From: Candidatus Aenigmatarchaeota archaeon
Lineage (GTDB): Archaea; Aenigmatarchaeota; Aenigmatarchaeia; CG10238-14
DNA: 39,974 nucleotides
Reading direction: 5' to 3'
Assembly: GCA_044343545.1 (NCBI GenBank)
Contig: JAWBZR010000005.1
Location: 1-39,974, forward strand
How positions within the stretch are numbered: position 1 is the stretch's first letter; each line of letters begins with the position of its first letter. The notes beneath the pieces were generated by a model, which did not search any database, was not told where the DNA came from, and was given only the letters and a program-made list of their open reading frames with translations. Below, piece by piece: positions 1-9,093 of the stretch. The translations under genes were made by a program, and so were the position numbers.

Positions 1-14
1 ATGAAAAAATAGTT

Positions 15-962
15 ATGATAAAACAAGCTATTTACGAATATTTCAACGAAAAGCAAGAAGAGATGAAAGATTTTTACAAACACGTTGAAAAAAGATTTGA
101 AAATTTTGAAAAAAATTACTTGAAAGAAACTACCACAATCAACAAATTTGCACTTGATGGGTTAAATGTAGAATTAGTGGGAAGTGCAAAAGTAAAGGGA
201 CGACCTATCAATCAGTTTTGCATGGATGAATATGAAGGAAAATTTAGAATAGCAACAACTGTGAGTTTTGAAGAAAATAATGTTTATGTATTCGACGAAA
301 ATCTTAAACTTTCTAGCAAACTTGAAGGTATAGCGATTGATGAAAAAATATACGCAAGTAGATTTTTAGGAAATAAACTTTATCTCGTGACATTCAAACA
401 GATAGATCCGTTCTTCGTTATAGATTTATCTGAAGAGCCAAAAATACTCGGGTACATTAAATTACCTGGCGTTTCTGATTATATTCATCCTTACGATGAA
501 AAACACTTGATTGGCTTTGGTAGAGATGTTGATGAAAAAAATTTGAGGATAAAGGGTTTAAAAATCACTATTTTTGATGTCAGTGATTACTCACAACCAA
601 TAGAACTCTTTTCTTATTCATTCGGCGGAGAAGGTTCTTTCTCAGAGGCTCTGTACGAGCATAAAGCGTTTTTATTTTCAAAAGAAAAAAATTTGCTTGT
701 CGTCCCGGCAACAGTACATAAGGGTACAAGATTTTATCCTTGGCTAGGTGTATATGTTTTTAACATAACCTTAGAAGATGGTATAAAATTAAAAGGAACA
801 ATCGAGCATGAAGAAGAGTTTTGGATGAAAGAAATAAAGAGGGCTATATACATAGATGATGTTATTTATACAATTTCTAATGATATGATAAAAGCTAATG
901 ATATGAAAAATCTAGAAGAAATAAAATCTATCAAGACTATTCAACCTGCTCCATTGAAATAA
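15..962 (+). CDS. Beta-propeller domain-containing protein (Beta_propel family), probably 5'-truncated by the window edge
   Basis: Motifs NQFxMDEY..FRIATT, EKIYASRF.G...YLVTFKQIDPFFVIDLS, KLPGVSDYIHPY, SEALYEHKAFLF. The frame is open back to the window start. Confidence 0.8.
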   Translation: MIKQAIYEYFNEKQEEMKDFYKHVEKRFENFEKNYLKETTTINKFALDGLNVELVGSAKVKGRPINQFCMDEYEGKFRIATTVSFEENNVYVFDENLKLSSKLEGIAIDEKIYASRFLGNKLYLVTFKQIDPFFVIDLSEEPKILGYIKLPGVSDYIHPYDEKHLIGFGRDVDEKNLRIKGLKITIFDVSDYSQPIELFSYSFGGEGSFSEALYEHKAFLFSKEKNLLVVPATVHKGTRFYPWLGVYVFNITLEDGIKLKGTIEHEEEFWMKEIKRAIYIDDVIYTISNDMIKANDMKNLEEIKSIKTIQPAPLK

Positions 963-1464
963 TTTTTTTTCCTTTTTCTTGAGGAACTATCATTATCTTT
1001 CCACCCTCAAATTTTTTCTTTAATTCTTCACCTTGAAAATACCAATCAAGAAAAACAGCTAAAGCCGCAACTTCGCTATGTGGCTGCAAAGAAACGGCAA
1101 CTTGGTGATCAACTATTTGATAAACTTCAGGTGGAACCTTTTCGCTTCCAACTATCAAAAGCATATGCCTTATTTCTCTCATCTTATCAATAATATCAGG
1201 TAAATTAATACCGTACATCGTCAATAAAACCTTTTTACCGTTAAAATTTTTGATGAAATTTTTCCAATTTTTTTCATAGATTACTTCAAACTTTCCTCCC
1301 CATCTTTTAACGACATCTTCAATGCTTTTTTCCATTTCAGAATCTCTTTCACCACAATAAACCATTCTTTCGCAACCGAAAGCTCTTGCTGTCAATGCAC
1401 AATGAGTCGTAACTCTTTGGTCCCTGAAAATTCTGTGGCCCAAACGCAACAGAGTTATAGACAT
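937..1464 (-). CDS. trm56: tRNA (cytidine(56)-2'-O)-methyltransferase aTrm56 (SPOUT family)
   Basis: LRLGHR..RDxRVTTHCALTARAFG, LTMYG, VGSEKVP, QPHSEVAALAVFLD. Start moved to MSITLL. Confidence 0.93.
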   Translation of the reverse strand: MSITLLRLGHRIFRDQRVTTHCALTARAFGCERMVYCGERDSEMEKSIEDVVKRWGGKFEVIYEKNWKNFIKNFNGKKVLLTMYGINLPDIIDKMREIRHMLLIVGSEKVPPEVYQIVDHQVAVSLQPHSEVAALAVFLDWYFQGEELKKKFEGGKIMIVPQEKGKKIISMEQVE

Positions 1465-1512
1465 ATACTTAAAAAGATGTAATGAAGTATTATAATATTT
1501 GTGGTGCATTGA

Positions 1513-1836
1513 ATGGGAAAGGAAGAGGATAAGAGGAGGGAGGAAGAAGAGGAAATTTTAAGAACAAGAAAACCACAAGAAGGAGAAATATTTGCCATAG
1601 TAACTCAAATGCTTGGTTCTGATAAATTAAGAGTGGAATGTGACGATGGTAAAGAAAGAATAGCGAGAATACCGGGAAAGTTGAGAAAAAAAGTTTGGAT
1701 AAGAGTAGGTGATCTCATACTTATACAACCTTGGAAAGAAATGCCAAACGAAAGGGCTGACGTTATTTGGCGTTACACGCCAACCCAAGCCAATTGGCTT
1801 CAAAAAAATAATTATTTGAAAAAATTGAAGTTTTAA
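1513..1836 (+). CDS. eif1a: Translation initiation factor aIF-1A
   Basis: MLGSDKLRVECDDGKERIARIPGKLRKKVWIRVGD, ADVIWRY. Confidence 0.96.
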   Translation: MGKEEDKRREEEEEILRTRKPQEGEIFAIVTQMLGSDKLRVECDDGKERIARIPGKLRKKVWIRVGDLILIQPWKEMPNERADVIWRYTPTQANWLQKNNYLKKLKF

Positions 1837-1861
1837 TCCTTCAAACTTAATATCTTATTAT

Positions 1862-2563
1862 ATGGAAAAAAAGGAAAGATTTAAAATAGAAAGGGGTGTT
1901 TTCGACAACCTCACTTTAATGACTCTTTATGAGCTTATGAACAAGGGTTACTTCAATGAAGTTACCAGCATTATAAAAGAAGGAAAGGAAAGCGGTGTTT
2001 TTTTGGGGAAGGGGAAGGAAAATGTGGCAATAAAAATTTACAGAACTCACGCCATAGATTTTAAAACGCGATGGCAGTATTTAATCGGAGACCCGAGATT
2101 TATGAACATAAGAAAAAATAGAGTTCACGTAACTTATCAATGGTGCTTGAGAGAATATAAAAATTTAGTTGTTGCCAAAGAAGCAAAAGTATCTTGCCCC
2201 AAACCTATTATCGCAAAAAACAACGTTCTCGTCATGCAATTCATAGGCGATGACGACGTCCCTGCCCCTAGATTGAATGAGATGGAGGTTGACAAAAAGG
2301 ATTATTTATTTATTATAAAAAACATCAAGAAATTGGTTAAGGCCGGAATTGTTCATGGAGACTTGAGTGCATATAACATTCTCTACCATAAAAAGCCTGT
2401 TTTCATAGATTTTAGTCAAGCAACGACAATAACAAACAAAATCGCTCTCGAATTGTTAAGAAGAGATGTAGAAAATATAAACTCTTATTTCAAAAAAAGA
2501 GGTGTGGACGTTGAGGAAGAGGAGCTGTTGATCGAAAAAATTTACAAAAAGGTGAAAAGATGA
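1862..2563 (+). CDS. rio1: RIO1-family Ser/Thr kinase
   Basis: GKESGVF, AIKIY, YLIGDPRF, NVLVMQFIG, VHGDLSAYNIL, IDFSQA; conserved aIF-1A/RIO1/KH context. Confidence 0.93.
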   Translation: MEKKERFKIERGVFDNLTLMTLYELMNKGYFNEVTSIIKEGKESGVFLGKGKENVAIKIYRTHAIDFKTRWQYLIGDPRFMNIRKNRVHVTYQWCLREYKNLVVAKEAKVSCPKPIIAKNNVLVMQFIGDDDVPAPRLNEMEVDKKDYLFIIKNIKKLVKAGIVHGDLSAYNILYHKKPVFIDFSQATTITNKIALELLRRDVENINSYFKKRGVDVEEEELLIEKIYKKVKR

Positions 2564-3060
2564 TAGACTATGTAAAAATTCCTTCAAAATACAAGAAAAT
2601 TCTATCAAAAAACAAGAAAATAAGAGAAGAAATTGAAAGAGCAACCAATACTAAAATAAACATAAAAGACGACATAGAGATAGAAGGTGATGGACTAGAC
2701 GTGTATATTGCAAAAAACGTGTTAAGAGCTTTTGGCAGAGGCTTTAGCGTAAAAGATGCATTGCTGCTAACTGATGACCTTTATGGAATTGAAATCATTG
2801 ATTTAAGTGATTACGCCAACACGGAAAACAGAATAAAGGTTATAAGCGGAAGGATAATAGGCAGTCAAGGAAAGACAAAAAAATATATAGAAACACACAC
2901 AAATACTAAAATTGCCGTGTCTGGTAAAACCGTATCTATCATAGGAAAGTGGGAAAATATAGAAACTGCAAAACATGCAATATTAATGCTTGCGAACGGT
3001 AGCACGCATAAGGCTGTATATAGATGGTTGGAGCAAAATGCAAAGGTGAATGAATGGTAG
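2560..3060 (+). CDS. KH-domain pre-rRNA processing protein (Dim2/PNO1-like)
   Basis: AFGRGFS, GRIIGSQGKTKKYIE, GSTHKAVYRWLE; follows RIO1. Confidence 0.88.
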   Translation: MIDYVKIPSKYKKILSKNKKIREEIERATNTKINIKDDIEIEGDGLDVYIAKNVLRAFGRGFSVKDALLLTDDLYGIEIIDLSDYANTENRIKVISGRIIGSQGKTKKYIETHTNTKIAVSGKTVSIIGKWENIETAKHAILMLANGSTHKAVYRWLEQNAKVNEW

Positions 3061-4679
3061 AAGAAATTACAAAAAAAGCAGAAGAAATGGCGAAAGAGCA
3101 AAGAGCTGTTTCTGTTTCTGAATTTTTTGAAAGAAACAGGCATTTACTAGGATATGATAATCCAACCAAAGCTTTGCTGACCGTGGTTAAAGAAATCGTT
3201 GATAATTCTTTAGATGCTTGCGAAGAAGCCAGGATATTGCCAAAAATATATATTGAAATAAAGCAAAAAGCACCTGATGTTTTTAGAGTTGTTGGAAAAG
3301 ATAATGGTCCTGGAATCGTCGACAAGCAAATACCTTATACAATGGCAAAGCTTCTATATGGAAGCAAGTTCTTTAAACTTTATCAATCACGCGGGCAACA
3401 AGGTTTGGGCATAAAGGGTTGTGTGCTGTATGCTCAATTAACAACTGGCAAACCGACGACTGTGATTTCCAGTACAGGAGATGGCAAAACATCTTATTAT
3501 GAATTAATGATTGACGTTAAGAGAAATGAGCCGCATATAATTTCCCACAGAATTGAAGAAGATGGAAAAATATGGCACGGCTTGAAAATAGAGTTGGAAA
3601 TAGAAGGAAGATATGTCGAAAGCAAAACATCTGTTAATGAATATATTAGACAAACAGCCATAGCAAATCCTTATGCCGAAATAATTTTTGACGGTCCGAA
3701 TGGCAGGATAGAATATCCGAGAACGGCAAGTGTCTTGCCTCCATTGCCTAAAGAGATTAAACCCCATCCTCATGGAATAGAGCTGGGAATGTTTAGAAGA
3801 ATGCTTGAGTCAACAAGATCAAGAAACTTGTTGGGATTTTTAACAAATGACTTTAGCCGCGTTGGTAGAAATTCTGCTGAAGAAATATGTAAGCTTGCTG
3901 GAATTGATGCTAATAAAGATCCTAAACATCTTAGCACAGAAGAATCTGAAATGTTATTCAAAGCGTTGAAGAAAGTTAAATTGATGAGGCCGCCAACAGA
4001 TTGCTTATCTCCTTTAGGCGAAGATTTGCTTTTGAAAGGTTTGCAAAAAGAAATAAAGGCGGAATTCTTTGCAGCCGTTACTAGACCTCCTTCTGTTTAT
4101 AGAGGCAATCCTTTTGTGGTTGAATGTGCCATTGCTTATGGTGGCGAGTTACCGCAAGATGGGACGATTGAATTGATGAGATTCTCAAACAAAGTTCCAT
4201 TACTTTATCAAGCAGGTGATTGTGCCATAACAAAAGCTGTGGCAACAACAGATTGGAAAAGATATGGTCTTCAACAATCTGGTAAATCTTTACCGACAGG
4301 TCCTGCTGTCATACTGGTTCATTTTGCATCTGTTTGGGTTCCGTATATTTCTGAAAGCAAACAAGCTTTGGCCGCTTATCCTGCAATAATGAAAGAGATA
4401 AAACTTGGCTTGCAAGAGCTTGGAAGAAGATTGCAAAAACATGTTTCCGGCAAGAGAAGGGCTGAAATGCAAAGGAAAAGAAGGCAAATATTTGAAAGGT
4501 ACATTCCTGAAGTTGCTCAATCCTTGCAACAATTAACAGACGTGAAAGCTGATATTATTAAAAGAAAATTATTTGAAATAATTGAAAAGAAACAGGTAAC
4601 AATCGAAGAGGAGATGGAGGATGTCGAGGAAGGAAGTGGAAGAAAAGTTAGTGAACTTGGGGAAAAAGATTCTGAGTGA
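3054..4679 (+). CDS. top6B: DNA topoisomerase VI subunit B
   Basis: SVSEFFERNRHLLGY, KEIVDNSLDACEE, DNGPGI, LLYGSKF, QSRGQQGLG, KPHPHG. Confidence 0.98.
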   Translation: MVEEITKKAEEMAKEQRAVSVSEFFERNRHLLGYDNPTKALLTVVKEIVDNSLDACEEARILPKIYIEIKQKAPDVFRVVGKDNGPGIVDKQIPYTMAKLLYGSKFFKLYQSRGQQGLGIKGCVLYAQLTTGKPTTVISSTGDGKTSYYELMIDVKRNEPHIISHRIEEDGKIWHGLKIELEIEGRYVESKTSVNEYIRQTAIANPYAEIIFDGPNGRIEYPRTASVLPPLPKEIKPHPHGIELGMFRRMLESTRSRNLLGFLTNDFSRVGRNSAEEICKLAGIDANKDPKHLSTEESEMLFKALKKVKLMRPPTDCLSPLGEDLLLKGLQKEIKAEFFAAVTRPPSVYRGNPFVVECAIAYGGELPQDGTIELMRFSNKVPLLYQAGDCAITKAVATTDWKRYGLQQSGKSLPTGPAVILVHFASVWVPYISESKQALAAYPAIMKEIKLGLQELGRRLQKHVSGKRRAEMQRKRRQIFERYIPEVAQSLQQLTDVKADIIKRKLFEIIEKKQVTIEEEMEDVEEGSGRKVSELGEKDSE

Positions 4680-5700
4680 AATCGAAGCTGGAAAAAATCC
4701 TAGCATAGAGATACCTATACGTAGCCTTTCAAATATAGTGTTTGATGAAAAGACGAAATTATTAAGGTTGGGAAATAAATATGCAAAGAGATACTTTTTC
4801 AATGTAGCTCAAGCCAAAAGTTTTATGCAAACTTTGCTTGTCGCGAGTTTCTGCAGAGAAATTGTTAGAGAAAATATTCACACAAGCATTAGAGATATGT
4901 ATTACAATTTGAAAAGAACGTTGCCCGGGAGTGACGAGAATACATTTGACGAGCAAGACGAATCAGATCCCATAATAGTAGATTTGGAGACATCACTTGG
5001 TGTTTTAAGGGAGCAGCTTCATCTCATAGCTGATAGAAAGGGTGTAGTTGTTGGAAATGTTGTTATAGAAGATAGAGGAGATGAAATAGATTGGTCTAAG
5101 CTTGGAAGTGGTGGTTGGTCCATACCTTCTGCTGTCGAGGATATAAAATTCAAAAAGGTTAAAGCAGATTTTGTGATTGTCATCGAGAAAAATGCTGGTT
5201 TTGAAAGATTGCATGAAGACAAATTTTGGAAAAAACACAATTGCATTTTGATTGGAACTGGTGGACAACCTGCTAGAGGAACGAGGAGGTTGATAAAAAG
5301 ATTAGCTGTAGAGCATAATTTACCTGTCTATGTCATGACTGACTCGGATTCTTACGGATGGTATATTTATTCCGTTATTAAAAGCGGAAGCATGGCTTTG
5401 GCTCATGCATCCGATGATCTCGGCACACCATCCGTCAAGTTTATTGGCTTGACTATATCTGACATAGAAAAATATGGTTTGCAAAAATCAACGATTAAAG
5501 CGACAGAGCAAGATTTAAAGAGAGCTAAAGAGTTGTTGGAATACCCCTGGCTTGATCATAAAGAATGGAAAAGGGAAATAAAGCTCATGCTGCAAAAAAA
5601 GATAAAAGCAGAAATAGAAGCGTTATCTGCACGAGGATTAAAATTCCTATCTGAAGTTTATTTGCCTGAAAAGCTTGAAAAAAAGGAGTTTTTACCTTAA
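4621..5700 (+). CDS. top6A: DNA topoisomerase VI subunit A
   Basis: SIRDMYY (catalytic Tyr), FDEQDESD, IEKNAGF, GQPARGTR, TDSDSYG; overlaps the top6B end by 59 nt. Confidence 0.98.
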   Translation: MSRKEVEEKLVNLGKKILSEIEAGKNPSIEIPIRSLSNIVFDEKTKLLRLGNKYAKRYFFNVAQAKSFMQTLLVASFCREIVRENIHTSIRDMYYNLKRTLPGSDENTFDEQDESDPIIVDLETSLGVLREQLHLIADRKGVVVGNVVIEDRGDEIDWSKLGSGGWSIPSAVEDIKFKKVKADFVIVIEKNAGFERLHEDKFWKKHNCILIGTGGQPARGTRRLIKRLAVEHNLPVYVMTDSDSYGWYIYSVIKSGSMALAHASDDLGTPSVKFIGLTISDIEKYGLQKSTIKATEQDLKRAKELLEYPWLDHKEWKREIKLMLQKKIKAEIEALSARGLKFLSEVYLPEKLEKKEFLP

Positions 5701-5709
5701 AAAAATAAT

Positions 5710-5901
5710 TTATTTAAAGTGAACAACTTCTTCATTTGTTAACTCTTTCAATTTTGAGATTAACTTTTCAACGTTTAAATTATATTTTTCACCCAAAATA
5801 ATTGCTTGTTTAAGTACATCTATATCAAAATCTTCAAACCCCTGATCTATAATCTCATTAAACCTACGAATAACTATTTCTGCCTCTTCTTTCTCAGACA
5901 T
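5710..5901 (-). CDS. Small acidic hypothetical protein (63 aa)
   Basis: Fills an intergenic gap, ATG start, protein-like composition; no family recognised. Confidence 0.6.
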   Translation of the reverse strand: MSEKEEAEIVIRRFNEIIDQGFEDFDIDVLKQAIILGEKYNLNVEKLISKLKELTNEEVVHFK

Positions 5902-5913
5902 ACACTTTCATTT

Positions 5914-5994
5914 TTATTTTTTCTTTTTACCTTGTTGCTTTGGCTGAGGCTTTTGTTTCTTTTTAAATAGATTTTTGATCCACTCTATACACAT
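5914..5994 (-). CDS. Putative 26-aa basic peptide MCIEWIKNLFKKKQKPQPKQQGKKKK
   Basis: Non-overlapping part of ORF 5914..6099 from ATG 5994; fits between co-oriented neighbours. Confidence 0.35.
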   Translation of the reverse strand: MCIEWIKNLFKKKQKPQPKQQGKKKK

Positions 5995-6020
5995 AAAAAT
6001 CAATATTAATTTAGAAATTA

Positions 6021-6929
6021 TTAAAAATTGCTGCCATCGATAGCTGCTATCTTTTTGTTTGGCAAAAAACTTATGTGATGAATCCTCATTCTTGCCCATC
6101 CATACTTACCTGGAGTTATAAAAAAACTGATTGGTCTTTCTTCATATCTTTCACGTGTGAGTTTTATTTCAACAAAACCTATGTATCTCCCATAAATTGG
6201 AAATATGTCTCCCCTTAGTTTTCTCCCTTGGTAAGGTCTGTATAATTTTCCATCTAACACAAATACATTACCAGCATTTCTAAATGTCCTAATTGGAGAT
6301 TTTGAATGTAATAACCACTTACCTTCGATTTTTCTTGAGGTAAAAATATAAAGATCGTGCTTATATTGAGTATATAAATTTTTGCCATTACACAGGATGA
6401 ATAAATCATCTTCGATGCGAACAAACGTGGGATCCAAAAAGCTTCCCGGTATTTTAGAAACTACCGACCACTTAAATGGAAAATCTTCTGCTTTGTAAAT
6501 ACACATCTCTCCAGAAGCAGCTGATTCTGGTATCATGTATATTTCACTATTGTAAACAAAAACACAAGGGTATGAAAGATGATATGGTTTTTCTAAAATA
6601 ACTCCCAAAAAATTCCAATTATATCCGTCATCACTTTTAGCTAAAGCTATTCTTCCCTTATCATCTTCTCCTACTGCTTCAAAAAATAACCAAAAACTAC
6701 CTTGATAATAAAGAAGGAAGGGGTCAGCTGTAGCTATGAAACTCTTGTTTTTTCCTGAGATTATAGGGCCTGATATTATAGGATTTCTTTCATAAGGGCT
6801 AAGGCTTTGTGGTTTATCGCCAAAAAATATCCCTATGCACCATGGGGGCTCTAACGGAAAGAGATTTAGCATAGGTGTTACGGCTAAAATGAAAAAATCT
6901 CTTAACAATTCTCTTCTCGTGACCTTCAT
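6021..6929 (-). CDS. Secreted five-bladed beta-propeller glycoside-hydrolase-like protein (GH43/32-clan or GINT1 N-terminal-like) with a Tat-like signal
   Basis: MKVTRRELL then a hydrophobic stretch; ADPFL....WLFFE, SDDGYNW, HLSYPCVF, YMIPES, RNAG. Start reassigned because the longer ORF overlaps tRNA-Ser. Confidence 0.7.
   Translation of the reverse strand: MKVTRRELLRDFFILAVTPMLNLFPLEPPWCIGIFFGDKPQSLSPYERNPIISGPIISGKNKSFIATADPFLLYYQGSFWLFFEAVGEDDKGRIALAKSDDGYNWNFLGVILEKPYHLSYPCVFVYNSEIYMIPESAASGEMCIYKAEDFPFKWSVVSKIPGSFLDPTFVRIEDDLFILCNGKNLYTQYKHDLYIFTSRKIEGKWLLHSKSPIRTFRNAGNVFVLDGKLYRPYQGRKLRGDIFPIYGRYIGFVEIKLTRERYEERPISFFITPGKYGWARMRIHHISFLPNKKIAAIDGSNF
6754..6782. repeat. 15-nt-period in-frame duplication (PIISG x2)
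   Basis: CCTGAGATTATAGG (6754-6767) and CCTGATATTATAGG (6769-6782). Confidence 0.7.
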
Positions 6930-6955
6930 TGCTAAAATATTTTTACAAAAAATTT

Positions 6956-7022
6956 TAAAAACAGATTGTGTTTTTTCATCAAAAAACATTTGAAATGAGG
7001 ATAAAAACAACTTGTGTTTTTT
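6956..7022. promoter_or_regulatory. Two copies of a palindromic 21-mer, a possible operator pair
   Basis: TAAAAACAGATTGTGTTTTTT (6956-6976) and TAAAAACAACTTGTGTTTTTT (7002-7022); core AAAAACA-N5-TGTTTTT. Confidence 0.4.
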
Positions 7023-7040
7023 AATAGATAAATTTTCAAG

Positions 7041-7126
7041 CGCTGAGGCAGGGATTTGAACCCTGACGTCCTTAAAGGACACCTGCTCTCGAGGCAGGCG
7101 CATTAGCCTGGTTCTGCCACCTCAGC
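7041..7126 (-). tRNA. tRNA-Ser(CGA), long variable arm, CCA not encoded
   Basis: GCTGAGG/CCTCAGC acceptor stem, CCTGC-CT CGA GA-GCAGG anticodon arm, GTCC-TTTAA-GGAC variable arm, CAGGG TTCAAAT CCCTG T arm, G73. Confidence 0.96.
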
Positions 7127-7182
7127 TTTTCAACACCATATAAAATTTAATCTTGAATTCACATTTAATTATTTGATCTTGC

Positions 7183-7959
7183 ATGGTATTAGAATGGGTT
7201 TTGATAGCAAAAAAAGATAGAAAGCATCCATTATCAATTTTTGCTTTCACATTCTTAGTTTCAATAGTTTCCATGTTCATCTCATATTTCGTTTTTAAAC
7301 AAAATTTAGGAATCTTCAACATAGTGATCACATCACTCGTGCTTGTCACGTTCATCAATTCTATGATGATACTTGAAGAAAAAGAAACGGAAACGGAGGC
7401 ACAAAAAAATTTTTTAGAGAAACACGGTGATATAATTTCGGCTTTTGCTGCCATGTTCATCGGAATGACGCTTGCAATGTCTATTGCATATATAATATTG
7501 CCAGAAAGTATAGTAGAAAAAATGTTTAACGAGCAAATAAGAGAAATAAACATTATACAAGGTAGGTTTACCTTCGGAAGTCAATTTCTAGACATTGTTA
7601 CAAATAATTTCAGTGTCTTGATGCTTTCCTTTTTACTTTCACTCTTAATAGGTACAGGAGCTATATTGATATTAGCTTGGAATGCTTCTGTTTTAGCCGC
7701 CGCTATTGGGATGATAGCAAAATCTCTTGGAGGACTTCACGGATTTCCAATAGCCGTATTGACTTTTCTACCTCATGGAGTGTTCGAAATCACAGCATAT
7801 TTTATTGGCGCAATAAGCGGTGGCTTGATTTCAGCCGCGATATCAAGAAGAAACTCGAACTTTTGGTTAATCGTCAAAGATTCGTTCGTACTAATTTTCA
7901 TAGCCTTAATTATGCTTGTAATAGGTGGATTGATAGAAACATTCATAATAATAGTTTAA
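7183..7959 (+). CDS. SpoIIM/DUF95-family integral membrane protein
   Basis: Multiple transmembrane segments, I..NN, ILAWNASV, LPHGVFEITAYF. Confidence 0.82.
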   Translation: MVLEWVLIAKKDRKHPLSIFAFTFLVSIVSMFISYFVFKQNLGIFNIVITSLVLVTFINSMMILEEKETETEAQKNFLEKHGDIISAFAAMFIGMTLAMSIAYIILPESIVEKMFNEQIREINIIQGRFTFGSQFLDIVTNNFSVLMLSFLLSLLIGTGAILILAWNASVLAAAIGMIAKSLGGLHGFPIAVLTFLPHGVFEITAYFIGAISGGLISAAISRRNSNFWLIVKDSFVLIFIALIMLVIGGLIETFIIIV

Positions 7960-8132
7960 GGCCAAATAGTATAGTGGCATTTGCCGCAATATTGTCTCGT
8001 TTTACCGTTTTTCTCTTTATGTACTGCCATGTAAACTCCTTCCCCGCATCTTGGACAGCTAGGTCTCTGCCTCTTGACATTTTCACCTTCTACTTTAATC
8101 ATTTCCCACCTCTTTACCGGCTTGTGCTTCAC
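7956..8132 (-). CDS. rps27ae: 30S ribosomal protein S27ae (eS31); missing from the ORF track
   Basis: Hand translation: MKHKPVKRWEMIKVEGENVKRQRPSCPRCGEGVYMAVHKEKNGKTRQYCGKCHYTIWP. GTG start after GGAGGAGGTGA; follows eS24. Confidence 0.93.
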   Translation of the reverse strand: MKHKPVKRWEMIKVEGENVKRQRPSCPRCGEGVYMAVHKEKNGKTRQYCGKCHYTIWP

Positions 8133-8382
8133 TTTTCACCTCCTCCTTTTTTACTGGCTTGCTCCACAATCTTGCTTTGACCTTAGATGCAGGTTTTCCC
8201 GAATAGGATAATATATAAATTATTTCTACATGATCTGTACTTACACCAAATCTTTCGCTCAATATTCTCTCGACATCAGTTTTCTTTGGCGTCGGTTGAC
8301 CTGCATGATTAAGCTCTAAAAGTAATTCTTTCCTTTCCAATAATTTGTTATCATGCTCTTTGAGCACAACCAAATCAATCAT
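8095..8382 (-). CDS. rps24e: 30S ribosomal protein S24e
   Basis: NKLLERKEL....H.GQPTPK; adjacent to S27ae. Confidence 0.9.
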   Translation of the reverse strand: MIDLVVLKEHDNKLLERKELLLELNHAGQPTPKKTDVERILSERFGVSTDHVEIIYILSYSGKPASKVKARLWSKPVKKEEVKSEAQAGKEVGND

Positions 8383-8512
8383 ATGTTATGAGATTAGTGC
8401 TGCAAAATTTAAATAAATTTACTCAAATAGTTGTAGTTTAAAGAAAAATGTTTTGTTAAACGTTTGACTTTGAACATTTTTATCAAAATTATAAAATAAA
8501 AAAATTGAAAAA

Positions 8513-8986
8513 TTACCTTCTGAAATTTTTTAAAGCATCTTCAATATTACCTCTACGCTCAAAACAATAAACAGTGCCATCATTTCCGTCAAAGCATGGA
8601 ATTTCAACTCTACCATTTACTCCTGCATCCAGAGTTCCTCCTACCAGAGCAACAGGGTTTTGAGGTTTTTTATTATATCCCCTCACATACACAAGGGGTG
8701 TTTCTCCATTTGGTATTTTAGCTCTCAACATGTAATTCATAACTTGAGCTGGTGTTGCTCTATATCTGGAGTCTAAGCAAACCTCTGCTTCAAAACCTTC
8801 AAGGTTTATACCATGCCCTCCGACACGAACTTCAATATGCATTGGTGTAAAACCATCTCTGCACGGATTAGTCGGTGTACATCCTGTCATACCTAAACCA
8901 AATAAACTTACTACTGCTATTAAATATTGAATGTTTCTTATCCATCTAACATATGGAATGTTTCTTATCCATCTATATACCATCAT
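8513..8986 (-). CDS. Hypothetical secreted protein or lipoprotein
   Basis: SD GAGGTGA; hydrophobic segment LIAVVSLFGLGMTG-C (lipobox-like); four further Cys. Confidence 0.65.
   Translation of the reverse strand: MMVYRWIRNIPYVRWIRNIQYLIAVVSLFGLGMTGCTPTNPCRDGFTPMHIEVRVGGHGINLEGFEAEVCLDSRYRATPAQVMNYMLRAKIPNGETPLVYVRGYNKKPQNPVALVGGTLDAGVNGRVEIPCFDGNDGTVYCFERRGNIEDALKNFRR
8929..8975. repeat. Exact 20-nt repeat at 27-nt period (RWIRNI x2)
   Basis: GAATGTTTCTTATCCATCTA at 8929-8948 and 8956-8975. Confidence 0.9.
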
Positions 8987-9093
8987 AATCACCTCAAAGT
9001 AACTAAATACTATTATTAAGTAATAAATATTTAAAAATTTCTATTCTCTAAAACATACTTAACCATATAAAAGTAGTTACATATAAATTCGAA

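Noticed and set aside
6930-7103. N-terminal 58 aa of ORF 6021..7103
   Set aside because: Overlaps tRNA-Ser and regulatory DNA; a signal-peptide start exists at 6929
8444-8481. Imperfect hairpin AAAAATGTT...AACATTTTT with an inner GTTAAAC/GTTTGAC pairing
   Set aside because: Very AT-rich and could arise by chance; at most a terminator
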